Shown here: positions 39,812-49,155 of the stretch, piece by piece | Position numbering within the stretch: the first letter of the stretch is position 1 | How the letters are laid out: each line of letters opens with the position of its first letter | DNA from: Acidimicrobiaceae bacterium | GTDB taxonomy: Bacteria; Actinomycetota; Acidimicrobiia; Acidimicrobiales; RAAP-2 | DNA length: 64,000 nt | NCBI GenBank assembly: GCA_003132205.1 | Contig: PKWY01000033.1 | Location: 90,373-154,372, forward strand | Reading direction: 5' to 3' | Notes under the pieces: model-generated | Databases searched by the model: none | What the model saw: the letters and a program-made list of their open reading frames with translations, nothing else | What the model was told of the DNA's origin: nothing | Program-made: the position numbers and the translations under genes

Positions 39812-40825
39812 TCACTCCGCAGCTTTGGCGAGAGCCTCAACGTATATCGCAGCCAACCGATCCCACGCAGCATTTGCGGGTTCATCAATTTCTTGTCGGC
39901 GGTGGTCACTGTCAAACCAGTCCACGGTCTGGCGGATACCGTCGGCAAACGGCATAACGGCGTTGAACCCCGGCACCAGCCCACGCAGTTTCGAATTATC
40001 GAACACCGACGAGTGAGCCTTATCGCCCCACAAGGTACCCAGCTGCTCGGGATCAGCAGCGATAACTCCGTCAGAAGGAACATGCAGCAAGTCCGGCTCG
40101 ACGCCCGCGGCCTCGCCTACCAAGCGATAGATCTGGTTCCAGGTCAACGCTTCGTCAGACGTGATATGGAAAGCCTCGCCAATCGCCTCCGCCCTACCAA
40201 AAAGCGGGATGAGCCCTCGCGCGAAGTCACTGCTGTGCGTGATGGTCCAGATACTGGTTCCGTCGCCCGGCACCAGTATCTTGGCGCCCCGGCGCATTCG
40301 CTCGATGATGGTGAAGGGCTTTGCCCAGCTTCCAATGCAGACCGGTATCTGTGAAAGGCCGTAGGTCAGCGAAGGGCGGATAATCGTCACCGGAAGACCG
40401 GTCGTCTGATGGGCCCGAACCAAGGCGTCTTCGCAGGCGATCTTGTCCCGGGAATACTGCCAGAAGGGGTTCTTCAGAGGGGTCGACTCGGTGATGAGCC
40501 AGTGCGCCGGAGGTTTCTCATAGGCCGAAGCCGAACTGATGAAGACGTACTGGCCCGCATCTGAATACAGACGAACATCCAGCGCGACTTGAGCTGGAAC
40601 GTAGGCGGTGAATTGAACCACGACGTCAAAATGCCGATTACCCAGTGCTTCACGGACTTGCAACTCGTCCGATGCATCGGCGATCAGCGTACGGTCAGCC
40701 CTCACCTGGCTCGGCAGTCTCGAAAGACCCCGGTTAAGCGTCGAGACTTCGTGACCCGCTTCGAGGGCAGCGGCCACGCAGGCGCTGCTGATGATTCCGG
40801 TGCCGCCAATGAACAAGACCTCCAT
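39812..40825 (-). CDS. NAD-dependent epimerase/dehydratase (extended SDR)
   Basis: GGTGIIS, FISSASAY, YSRDK, IIRPS.TYG. Confidence 0.88.
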   Translation of the reverse strand: MEVLFIGGTGIISSACVAAALEAGHEVSTLNRGLSRLPSQVRADRTLIADASDELQVREALGNRHFDVVVQFTAYVPAQVALDVRLYSDAGQYVFISSASAYEKPPAHWLITESTPLKNPFWQYSRDKIACEDALVRAHQTTGLPVTIIRPSLTYGLSQIPVCIGSWAKPFTIIERMRRGAKILVPGDGTSIWTITHSSDFARGLIPLFGRAEAIGEAFHITSDEALTWNQIYRLVGEAAGVEPDLLHVPSDGVIAADPEQLGTLWGDKAHSSVFDNSKLRGLVPGFNAVMPFADGIRQTVDWFDSDHRRQEIDEPANAAWDRLAAIYVEALAKAAE

Positions 40826-41153
40826 CGAAATACTCCTCCGTCAGTGACATCACATTAAGGCAATGACGCTCGTCAGAAACGCGAGGTCCAGCAAGTGGAA
40901 TTGTGAATTCTCCAGAGATCGGAATGTCAAATCGTCTCTGGAGTCAAGACCAAGAGAAGAGCCGCTGCAACGTTTCGGCGGCTGCGTGAAGCCGCAGTCC
41001 CGTAGTCCCGAGGTGCGCGGATCAAGACCCGTCGACCAACTGGATTCTGACCGAAGGCCCCGCGTCAAGCCACCGCAATCAACGCTGGCGCGTCAAGAAG
41101 CTGACCGCAACGTATTTCACCCTTCCCGTCGAATTGACGCAAGGGTGCAAGAA

Positions 41154-42203
41154 TCACTTCTCGGATTCCGAAATCGACAACGTGGTAAGTCGTCGGCGAT
41201 GAATCAGCATCTGGGCTCTGTCGATCAATACGGCGAACAAGAGAAGCACTCCGGTGATGATGAGTTGCCAGTACGTCGCCGTAATCCCGATGAGATTCAG
41301 CCCCTTATCAATCGTGAAGAAGAAGATTATTGCGATTGCTGTTCCAAAGGGCCCACCCGACCCTCCGACGAGCGCCGTTCCACCGAGCAGCACCGCCGCG
41401 GCCACAGTGAGCTCGTCGCCACCAAGGGCCGTTGGATCCACCGAGTTTGAATTGAATCCGATGAGCAATACCGAAGCAATGCCAGCGCACAGCCCCGAGA
41501 TCGCGTAGACGGCGACGGTCACACGCTCTACCGCGATTCCCGATAGGCGCGCCGCGTGTGAGTTCCCTCCCACCGCGTAGATGTCCCGACCAAAATACGT
41601 CTTGTGGAGCACGAGACTGAGAACCACCAGTACGGCCAACATCAAGAGTGAGATGTACGTGAAGGGTCCGAGTTGAGCGTAGAAGAACGATCCAAAGGTC
41701 GTCGTCGTCAGTACGAGGGTGCTGTCATTCAAGATAAGACGCGCCAACCCCTCGTAGGCCACCAGCCCGGCGAGCGTGACGATGAAGGCGTTGAGACGAA
41801 GTCGCGCGATAAGCAACCCATTGACGGTTCCCACCACGAGGCCCACGACCAGGCAGGCGAAAATCCCGACCACGACTCCGAAGTGAACCGTCATCTCACC
41901 ACCACAGACCGCCGCGAGGACCGCCGTCGAGGAGACCGAGAGATCGATGCCCCCCGAGATAATGGTGAGCGTCATGCCCATGCCCAGCAGGAAGTCAATC
42001 GAGGCACTGCTCAGGATGCTGTTGACGTTGGTCTCATCTAGAAAACCCGAAAATTTGACGCGGAAAGTTACGACAGCCGCGACAAAAACCACCAGGACCG
42101 CTGCGAACTTGGGCACCTTTCGCAGATGCCCCCAACGGTCCGCCGGGCTCAGCACCGTGTCCCTCGCTCCACTTTCCACCACTTCATGTTCCGTTATTGT
42201 CAT
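41154..42203 (-). CDS. Sugar-type ABC transporter permease (RbsC-like)
   Basis: GGIDLSVS, G.VNGLLIA, YAVGGN..AARLSGI and AAVLLGGT motifs. Confidence 0.92.
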   Translation of the reverse strand: MTITEHEVVESGARDTVLSPADRWGHLRKVPKFAAVLVVFVAAVVTFRVKFSGFLDETNVNSILSSASIDFLLGMGMTLTIISGGIDLSVSSTAVLAAVCGGEMTVHFGVVVGIFACLVVGLVVGTVNGLLIARLRLNAFIVTLAGLVAYEGLARLILNDSTLVLTTTTFGSFFYAQLGPFTYISLLMLAVLVVLSLVLHKTYFGRDIYAVGGNSHAARLSGIAVERVTVAVYAISGLCAGIASVLLIGFNSNSVDPTALGGDELTVAAAVLLGGTALVGGSGGPFGTAIAIIFFFTIDKGLNLIGITATYWQLIITGVLLLFAVLIDRAQMLIHRRRLTTLSISESEK

Positions 42204-43771
42204 GACTTCCTTTCAGAAATTGCGACCGACATAATCTGCTCCTCGGTGGCGCCTCGATCAAAGACCCCCACAATCCGTCCCGCCCTCATCACCGCTATCC
42301 GGTCGCAAAGTCGCAGCAACTCCGGCAGTTCGGATGAGGCGACGATGATGGACATTCCCTCGTCGGCGCACGCCTCAAGAATTGAGTAGATCTCTGCTTT
42401 CGCCGCCACGTCGATTCCACGCGTCGGCTCATCCAAAAGCAGTACGCGAGGCCTTCGCCTCAGCCATTTCGCGAGAATCACCTTCTGCTGCTGTCCACCA
42501 GAAAGCGACGACATCGGGGCATGCAGTGGCGTTCGGGGCAGACCCAGCCGCGCCATCCAGGCGAGGGCCTCTTCACTCTCGCGTCGGCGTGAACGCCAGA
42601 ACTTCAGGCCCCGCTTGGTCATGAACATGTTCTCGAGCACCGTCATTCCGATGACCGCCCCCTTCTCGCGGCGACTGTCGGGGACAAGGGCGAGCCCAGC
42701 TCGCATCGCCTCTCGAGGCGATGGCGCTTGCAGTGCGACGTCCGCCATTTCGATCACGCCGCTTGACTGCGGATTGAAACCAAAGATGGATTCGAGAAGT
42801 TCGGTCCGCCCCGCGCCCATGAGGCCCGCCATGCCCAGAATCTCACCCCGGTGAACCTCGAGCGATGCCCCCTTGACGAAGCCATCCTTGGTGAAGACGT
42901 TGGTGATGCGAAGGGCCGACTTCTGATGGCTCTCATCGTTCAAGGAGATCGAACGAGGATGAATCTTCGCGAGTTCACGTCCGACCATGCGACTCACCAT
43001 CCACTCCTCATCAATTCCTTTCGCCGCGCTGGTCTCAATATGAACACCGTCGCGCAAGATAGTGATGGTGTGGGCGAGTTCCAGAATCTCGGCGGTTCGG
43101 TGAGAAGTGAAGGCCACCGCCAAGCCCTCGCTGGCGAGTTGCTGTACCAGCTTGATCAGCGTTCGCACGTCATCGGATTCGAGTGACGCCGTTGGCTCGT
43201 CAAGTAAGAGCAGTCGCGGGCGAAACGACAACACCCTCGCGATCTCGACCAGCTGCTGCTGGCTTACCGAGAGGTCACGCACCGGCAGGGAGACATTGAC
43301 ATCAAGACCCACGTAGTCGAGTGCCCGGATCGCCCGGCTCACCAGGTCCGGCCAGCGCAAGACTCCATTTCGAGATGCAACGCGCGAACCGAGCAGGACG
43401 TTCTCAGCGACACTCAACTCGGGAATCAGACTCAACTCCTGGCTCACTATCGCAACACCGCGCATTCGGGCGTGACGAACAGAGACGTGGTGCTCGGCGA
43501 TGCCATCAATCAGGATCTCGCCGCTGTCAGGCCTCAGCATCCCGCTGAGACAGTTGAAGAATGTCGACTTGCCAGATCCATTTTCGCCAACTAGAGCGTG
43601 AATCTCTCCAGCCCTGAACGAGACCGAGACGTCGTTAAGCGCCGTCACCGGACCGAAGAACTTGGAAATGCTCCTCGCCTCGACGATGAGCGGGCCATGC
43701 TCCGCTTCTCCGAGCATGCTCGGTGACACCTGCTCGGTGACCCCACGACTTCCCACTAAATGACCCCCCAT
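42200..43771 (-). CDS. Sugar-type ABC transporter ATP-binding protein (RbsA-like; start may be a few codons downstream)
   Basis: GENGSGKS, LDEPT, LSGGQQQKV, DEPTRGID. Confidence 0.93.
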   Translation of the reverse strand: MGGHLVGSRGVTEQVSPSMLGEAEHGPLIVEARSISKFFGPVTALNDVSVSFRAGEIHALVGENGSGKSTFFNCLSGMLRPDSGEILIDGIAEHHVSVRHARMRGVAIVSQELSLIPELSVAENVLLGSRVASRNGVLRWPDLVSRAIRALDYVGLDVNVSLPVRDLSVSQQQLVEIARVLSFRPRLLLLDEPTASLESDDVRTLIKLVQQLASEGLAVAFTSHRTAEILELAHTITILRDGVHIETSAAKGIDEEWMVSRMVGRELAKIHPRSISLNDESHQKSALRITNVFTKDGFVKGASLEVHRGEILGMAGLMGAGRTELLESIFGFNPQSSGVIEMADVALQAPSPREAMRAGLALVPDSRREKGAVIGMTVLENMFMTKRGLKFWRSRRRESEEALAWMARLGLPRTPLHAPMSSLSGGQQQKVILAKWLRRRPRVLLLDEPTRGIDVAAKAEIYSILEACADEGMSIIVASSELPELLRLCDRIAVMRAGRIVGVFDRGATEEQIMSVAISERKS

Positions 43772-44066
43772 GACATCGAACTACTACGACCCAGCGACCT
43801 TGCGCGAGACCGAAATCAATTCCGCGAACGCTTGAGTCGCGACGGCCCCACTCGTTCGATCGCCACAGAACTTCATAAGAGGACCTGCCGACGCTCCGCG
43901 ATTACCTGGATTAGTCGCAACACTGGGACCAATGCTCCGCTGGAATACCGTGCGCGCGGTTGGCCCCAAGAGCCCCATCTCCTGGTCCAACACCGCACAT
44001 GGAACCGGCCACGAAACGAGAATTGATCCGCCGCACAGGCTTTCGTACCACCAAAATCATCGCCTT

Positions 44067-44095
44067 AGTCTAAAGTGTATAAAGTTCTGTGTCAA
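44067..44095 (-). promoter_or_regulatory. Sigma70-type promoter TTGACA-17-TAGACT with an operator-like motif in the spacer
   Basis: - strand TTGACA at 44095-44090 and TAGACT at 44072-44067; the spacer contains AACTTTATACACTT. Confidence 0.7.
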
Positions 44096-44254
44096 GTTTA
44101 GTCCACACTCTGGCCGCTGCGTTTCAATGGCATGAATTCAGGTTTTCGGCGCCAGCGCCCTTAAGGTTCAGGTCGCCCGGTTTTCTCGAACTTCGCCGAT
44201 GGATCCCAGCCGTTCGAGGAGTCCCCTGCAGCCGGATGGGGGTCAAAGCGGTGC

Positions 44255-45007
44255 TTATGAGCCTGCCAAGAGCGCTCCGGCGCGCGGGACCACCGTTTCA
44301 AGGCCGAGCACTTTGAGCGTCTTCCACACCGTCGCGACAGAAGCGGAGAGAACAGGTATGTCAAATTGGTCCTGAACGATCTGGATCGCTGGTAGCGACG
44401 GCATCTGCACGCACGCGCTCAACACCAAGGCATCCACGCCTTTGGTGTCAATCTTGTGGGCGAGCTCGGTGAGATTGGCGGGATCGAGTCGGCCAACGGC
44501 GAGATTGTCGGCGACACCGAGACTTATCGTGTCGTGCACTTCAATGCCCTCAGTACGGATGTAGTCGCATACCATCTCAGTCAAGGCCGGCACATATGGG
44601 GTGATAACCGAGATCTTCTTCGCGCCAAGATGGTGCAAGGCCTCAACGAGGGCTCCGGCCGACGAGATGACGGGGACATTAAGGTTCGCCGAAGCCTTCG
44701 CTGCGGCGCGGAGTTTTTCCTCCGACTTGCGGTGGTAGCCCTGTCCCTGAGCCATGATGGCAATCAGACACGCGTAGGCCATCACATCCACATCGGCATC
44801 GGCCAGTTCTACCGCGCATCGTTCGGAATCGCAGTCCATCGCCCGTAATTCCTCCGGCGTGACGTGCTTCATCCGCATTCGACTGGAATGGAACGTAAAG
44901 CGCTCCGGACGGGTCGTCTCTCGCAGGTGAAGCATGGCGGGAATCTCCGTCTCCATTGTCGTATTGGAGCTCGGCACGATCAGGCCAACGCGTATGGCGG
45001 TCATCAA
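44255..45007 (-). CDS. maiA: Maleate cis-trans isomerase (Asp/Glu racemase family)
   Basis: GLIVPSSNTTMETEIP, FHSSRMRM, YACL.AIMA and LSACVQMPSL (two catalytic Cys). Confidence 0.93.
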   Translation of the reverse strand: MMTAIRVGLIVPSSNTTMETEIPAMLHLRETTRPERFTFHSSRMRMKHVTPEELRAMDCDSERCAVELADADVDVMAYACLIAIMAQGQGYHRKSEEKLRAAAKASANLNVPVISSAGALVEALHHLGAKKISVITPYVPALTEMVCDYIRTEGIEVHDTISLGVADNLAVGRLDPANLTELAHKIDTKGVDALVLSACVQMPSLPAIQIVQDQFDIPVLSASVATVWKTLKVLGLETVVPRAGALLAGS

Positions 45008-45023
45008 GGGTCTCCCAAGGGTC

Positions 45024-45854
45024 TCACCCGCCAGTGAAGGCGGGCTCGTAAAGCAGGTTGTAGGTAGCCAGCGCCGGCATGGACGCGGTGTCGCTGCGTT
45101 CCCACCGCAGCACGGCGGGACGAGGAATGCGACCCTGTGCGTCGCTCTCGAGATTGATCCCGATGCCGCGAAGCGTCAATAGCAGCGGGTCAAAACAGTG
45201 GTCCGGATTGAGATCAAGTATCAGCCCCAGCGCCGCGTCAATGAGGTGGAATTCAAGCACCTGATGCACCAATGCGCCATCACGTTGGCGAATCGCGTTG
45301 AGGAGCAGTTTGTCCGCGTAAAGAAAATCTTCGGGAACGCGGGGGCGCGAGAGGTACGCCCGTTGGTGGCGGTAGATCTTCGCGTGCAACGAGTGCGTCA
45401 GCTCTGCAATGGCGCTTGGGTAGTGATCCAACGCGACATCATGAAAACGCCTGTGCGCCTCTTGAAACTCACGGGTTCGATCGGTGTAGCGACTCATCGC
45501 ATCGAGAGCTTCGAGCATCTGAGCAATGTCCTGGTCGGTGATCCGGTCAAGCAGGGCCGTCAGCGTCGGGGGCTCCACCAGGAGTCGAAGCGCGTAAAAC
45601 TGCTCGGTGTCGCTGTTATTCAACGAGGAGACGTGCATGCCACGGTTCGCGCTGATGTTCAGCAGTCCGTCGCGTTCCAACCTTTGAAAAGCCTCACGTA
45701 GCGGCGTCCGACTCACCTGCAGCTCTCTCGCCAGATGCTCTTGTGATAACCGCTGTCCGGGCGCGAAGGATCCGTCGATGATGCGTTCACGCAGCACCAG
45801 ATAGATCTCGTCGACCATGGTGCCTGAGCGACTGCGGCGAACTTCTTCGGTCAC
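45024..45854 (-). CDS. GntR (FadR/FCD) family regulator with a C-terminal extension
   Basis: GQRLSQEHLARELQVSRTPLREAF..LE HTH plus FCD domain. Confidence 0.92.
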   Translation of the reverse strand: MTEEVRRSRSGTMVDEIYLVLRERIIDGSFAPGQRLSQEHLARELQVSRTPLREAFQRLERDGLLNISANRGMHVSSLNNSDTEQFYALRLLVEPPTLTALLDRITDQDIAQMLEALDAMSRYTDRTREFQEAHRRFHDVALDHYPSAIAELTHSLHAKIYRHQRAYLSRPRVPEDFLYADKLLLNAIRQRDGALVHQVLEFHLIDAALGLILDLNPDHCFDPLLLTLRGIGINLESDAQGRIPRPAVLRWERSDTASMPALATYNLLYEPAFTGG

Positions 45855-46132
45855 GAAGGCTCCTCGTACGAACCAAGGTTTCGGGCAAAGAGTTCGTTGA
45901 ATTTTTCCGGCGTGAGGGTCGAAATAACTTCGAGTTGCATCGCGTCCAGCAGAACGCGGTGCCCGAACTTCGGCGTGGCGAGCTCGAGCCTCTCGCCGTT
46001 GCGGGTGATCACCTTTCGAACCTTCACTCCGGTGAACTCATTCGCGATTCCAAAACTCCCCTCTTCTCCGATGATGCCGTCATCGGCCTCGTCGGAGAAG
46101 CCCTGCTCGTCCCCGCTGATCGTGTTACTCAC
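45851..46132 (-). CDS. Conserved small hypothetical protein of actinobacterial dioxygenase clusters (93 aa, GTG start)
   Basis: ANEF..V.VRKV.TRNG.RLE...P..G..V.LDA..LE pattern; GGAGG RBS; overlaps both neighbouring genes. Confidence 0.72.
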   Translation of the reverse strand: MSNTISGDEQGFSDEADDGIIGEEGSFGIANEFTGVKVRKVITRNGERLELATPKFGHRVLLDAMQLEVISTLTPEKFNELFARNLGSYEEPS

Positions 46133-47018
46133 TTTTCTCGACCTCCCAGTCATTGGCGACCGCATAGTCTGTGACAACGGCACCGTACGCATCGGGACGC
46201 ACACCACGCAGCACCGGCAGCTGCTCACGAACTCGGTCAATGGTATCGATATTAAGTTCGACCACCTGGTACGCCTCCAGAGCCTCGCCCAGGTCCACCA
46301 CTACCTCGCCCCACGGGCCGATGACACTCGCGTGCCCGTACGTGGGAAAGGCGTCGTCTTCGGCCCCGCCGATGGTGGCCGACGCAACGATATACACCGC
46401 ATTCTCGATAGCTCGGGCGCGTAGCAGTACCTCCCAATGCGCGCGTCCGGACGTTCGGGTGAACGCCGCGGGAACAAGAATGACTTCCGCGCCGGCCAAC
46501 GCGAGGCGTCGATACAGTTCGGGAAAGCGCACGTCGTAACAAATCGTGACTCCCACGCGCGTCCCGGCAATATCAAGCACAACGGGCCCCCCACCTGCTT
46601 GCTCAACCGACGACGCCTCGAACGACTGCCCGTCGATTCGGGCATCGAACAGGTGAATCTTGTCGTAGCCACCGACCAGGCGGCCCGTCGGATCGAAGAT
46701 CAGCGCTCGGTTTCGGGGCCGTTCATCCTCGTCGACAATGAACTTCGCTCCACCCAGCACCACGGTTACCCGATTCTCTGCGGCGGCCTTGGACAAACGG
46801 GTCAACGCGGGACTGTCGATCCGGAATGCTTCGGCTCTCATCTCGGTGTTGCTGCCGAGCATGAGGCAATTCTCGGGCAAGAGAACGAGCTCGGCGCCCT
46901 CGGCCGCCGCGCGAGCGACAAGGCGACACGCTGTCTCGACGTTGCGTTCGATGTCCCGAGTCGCGTGGAACTGTGTCAGTCCCACGCGAAGGACACGCTT
47001 GGGCTCCGGATGCTTCAT
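46125..47018 (-). CDS. Nitrilase-superfamily carbon-nitrogen hydrolase (Nit1/Nit2 omega-amidase-like; start corrected to 47018)
   Basis: Glu-Lys-Cys triad LLPEN / YDKIHLFD / ICYDVRFPE; ATGA overlap with the upstream dioxygenase gene. Confidence 0.92.
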   Translation of the reverse strand: MKHPEPKRVLRVGLTQFHATRDIERNVETACRLVARAAAEGAELVLLPENCLMLGSNTEMRAEAFRIDSPALTRLSKAAAENRVTVVLGGAKFIVDEDERPRNRALIFDPTGRLVGGYDKIHLFDARIDGQSFEASSVEQAGGGPVVLDIAGTRVGVTICYDVRFPELYRRLALAGAEVILVPAAFTRTSGRAHWEVLLRARAIENAVYIVASATIGGAEDDAFPTYGHASVIGPWGEVVVDLGEALEAYQVVELNIDTIDRVREQLPVLRGVRPDAYGAVVTDYAVANDWEVEKSE

Positions 47019-48130
47019 ACCGGCAGCTGCGCAGTCTGGTCGATTCGCAGGTTCACGACAGTCCAACCGCCGCCCGATGCCACCATTGGCTCGTAGGCGT
47101 AAACATCGGCGCACGCCCCCGGGCCCACCAGACCGAGCATGATTATCCAGTTCAGGAATTCGTACTGGCCATGGCTCAGCAGTGCGAAGGGTTCCAGTTT
47201 CGCCAAATCCAACCCGTGTCCGACCTGCAGCAGTTCCAGAATGTGCGTGTCAAACTCAATGTCGACCTTGCCGAAGACGCCTGGATCCAACCAGTGCGAT
47301 AGGCCGCCGGTCGCGAGGACCCCGACCCGTTGATTCGAAGCCTCGACCACCGATCGCAGTTGCTCGCCGAACGCCCGGGCGTTCCATGGGGAGAAGCTTC
47401 GCGCCGGCTGGGTGATGATGGGGATGACGGGCACATTCACGTCGGACAGGAGTTGGCGCAGCGGCACGATGAGCCCGTGATCCAGTTGGACCTCGGGGGC
47501 GTCTTCCACCTCGAGGCCGGCGTCGCGAACCGCTTGAACAATGGACGACGCCAACCCTGGGGAGCCCTCAACCGTCAGATTCAGATCCGGTCGGCCGAAA
47601 AATGCCATCGAGCCCGTATGGCTTGCCCCCGTTCCCACGACGAATGCTCCCGTCTTGAAGCTTTGGAAGTGGCAGTCCGCGGTAACGAGCAACACATCGG
47701 GCGCGGCGGCGCGAAGCGCCTCGGCCAGCTTCTGATAACCCTGGGTGAGTCGACCAACCGAGTCGGCGGGATCGATTTCGGGCCGGGCCAGGAGATCGGG
47801 CACGTGAGAGCACCCACCGGCGAAGACGAGATTCGCCGGAACTTCTGATTGTTCGATCTCGAGTGAGCTCACGTGGAAACCACCGGCGCTGCCCGAATCG
47901 GCAAGGTCCCCTCGGAACCACCTGCTGACCAAAATAGTGATGCCGTCATTGACCCCAGCACTTCGCAGTCGGTCGCGGTCTCCTGCGGCAATAACCAGCG
48001 CCCACTCCGGATCGAGCCCGAGTTCCTCGCCAACGGCAATTGGATCAACTTGAAACTGCTTCAGTACATCGGGGCGCCGGCCAAGTTCCAGGATGGCGTT
48101 TTCGAGTCTCGACAGCAAGTCCGCCGTCAT
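47015..48130 (-). CDS. Class III (LigAB-type) extradiol dioxygenase with an N-terminal LigA-like domain
   Basis: SHVP, DCH, DHG and GGLSHW LigB motifs, preceded by an ~80-aa F..DP......GL...GD...L...G segment. Confidence 0.8.
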   Translation of the reverse strand: MTADLLSRLENAILELGRRPDVLKQFQVDPIAVGEELGLDPEWALVIAAGDRDRLRSAGVNDGITILVSRWFRGDLADSGSAGGFHVSSLEIEQSEVPANLVFAGGCSHVPDLLARPEIDPADSVGRLTQGYQKLAEALRAAAPDVLLVTADCHFQSFKTGAFVVGTGASHTGSMAFFGRPDLNLTVEGSPGLASSIVQAVRDAGLEVEDAPEVQLDHGLIVPLRQLLSDVNVPVIPIITQPARSFSPWNARAFGEQLRSVVEASNQRVGVLATGGLSHWLDPGVFGKVDIEFDTHILELLQVGHGLDLAKLEPFALLSHGQYEFLNWIIMLGLVGPGACADVYAYEPMVASGGGWTVVNLRIDQTAQLPV

Positions 48131-49137
48131 GCAGTCACCAACTTTCCGGTATCAACGACGATGTGGCCGTCGATCTGGACTGTGCAGTCCCTCATCGGCA
48201 CGTCCAAGTGGGCGGGCGTATCGCGGTTCGCGAAACGGTTGCTGCCCGTTGACCACATGAAGCTTCCCGGAGCGGAACGCAGCTCCTGCCCGTAGAGCGT
48301 CCGCGCGTCGTAGACATCGAATGCCGCCCAGCTCGCAATCGGGTGAAGGCCCCATCCCATGTGCGAGATCGCCCACACTTCTGGATCGTTCCATGACTCA
48401 AAGTAATCGCGCAGGAGGAAGGCATCAGCCCCGCCCTTGACGTCGACGATGAACCCGTCCTCAACGGTGAAGACGACTTCGTCGCGGACATAGCGCTGCC
48501 ACGGGATGAGCGCGTCGCCGGGCTGGAGCACAATGGTTCCTTGCGTCGTGCGATCATTTGGGAAGCACGCGACGAATCCACTGGGCCAGTGATCCCAGCG
48601 GCCGGGCTCATCAACATAACCCCACTGGTGCGTGATCGGAAGGCTCTCTCCGGCGATATCCGCGCTGAGATCGGTGCCTACCGGACTGGTCACCCGCAGG
48701 GTTGTCCCGGCCTTCAATAGTTGGCCACCGGCCAATACGCTCTGGCGTAGTTCGTCATTTCCCATGAGTCGATCAAGGACGTTGGCCGGTTCGGCGACGA
48801 AAAGCATCCGCTTCCCATTGCCGGTGATTCTGGTGCGCACCGTGGAATGGATCAGGCCGCCCACGGTGACGTCGATCACCATGTCGCACTCCGCGGCGCC
48901 GGCGAGTAGCGCCGCAATCCCCCGATCGTCGGATTGGTGGGGCGGCAGCATGGGATGCGAGAGGCTGGGGGCGGTCAGTATGATCACACCGGCACCGATT
49001 TCTTGGGCCGCCGAGACCGCCGCGTCCACGTAATTCCCCTTCTGCCCCTGTTCGCTGATGACCGCGACGGTCTCGTCAGCGGTCAGCTTGCACAGTCGAT
49101 ACTGCTTGATGAAGAGTTGGTGCAGGCTACTGGTCAT
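48127..49137 (-). CDS. nicX: 2,5-dihydroxypyridine 5,6-dioxygenase family protein
   Basis: GRWDHWPSG, SHMGWG and HLDVP (His/His/Asp Fe ligands) motifs characteristic of NicX. Confidence 0.85.
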   Translation of the reverse strand: MTSSLHQLFIKQYRLCKLTADETVAVISEQGQKGNYVDAAVSAAQEIGAGVIILTAPSLSHPMLPPHQSDDRGIAALLAGAAECDMVIDVTVGGLIHSTVRTRITGNGKRMLFVAEPANVLDRLMGNDELRQSVLAGGQLLKAGTTLRVTSPVGTDLSADIAGESLPITHQWGYVDEPGRWDHWPSGFVACFPNDRTTQGTIVLQPGDALIPWQRYVRDEVVFTVEDGFIVDVKGGADAFLLRDYFESWNDPEVWAISHMGWGLHPIASWAAFDVYDARTLYGQELRSAPGSFMWSTGSNRFANRDTPAHLDVPMRDCTVQIDGHIVVDTGKLVTA

Positions 49138-49155
49138 TGTTCGTGTTCCTTTAAG

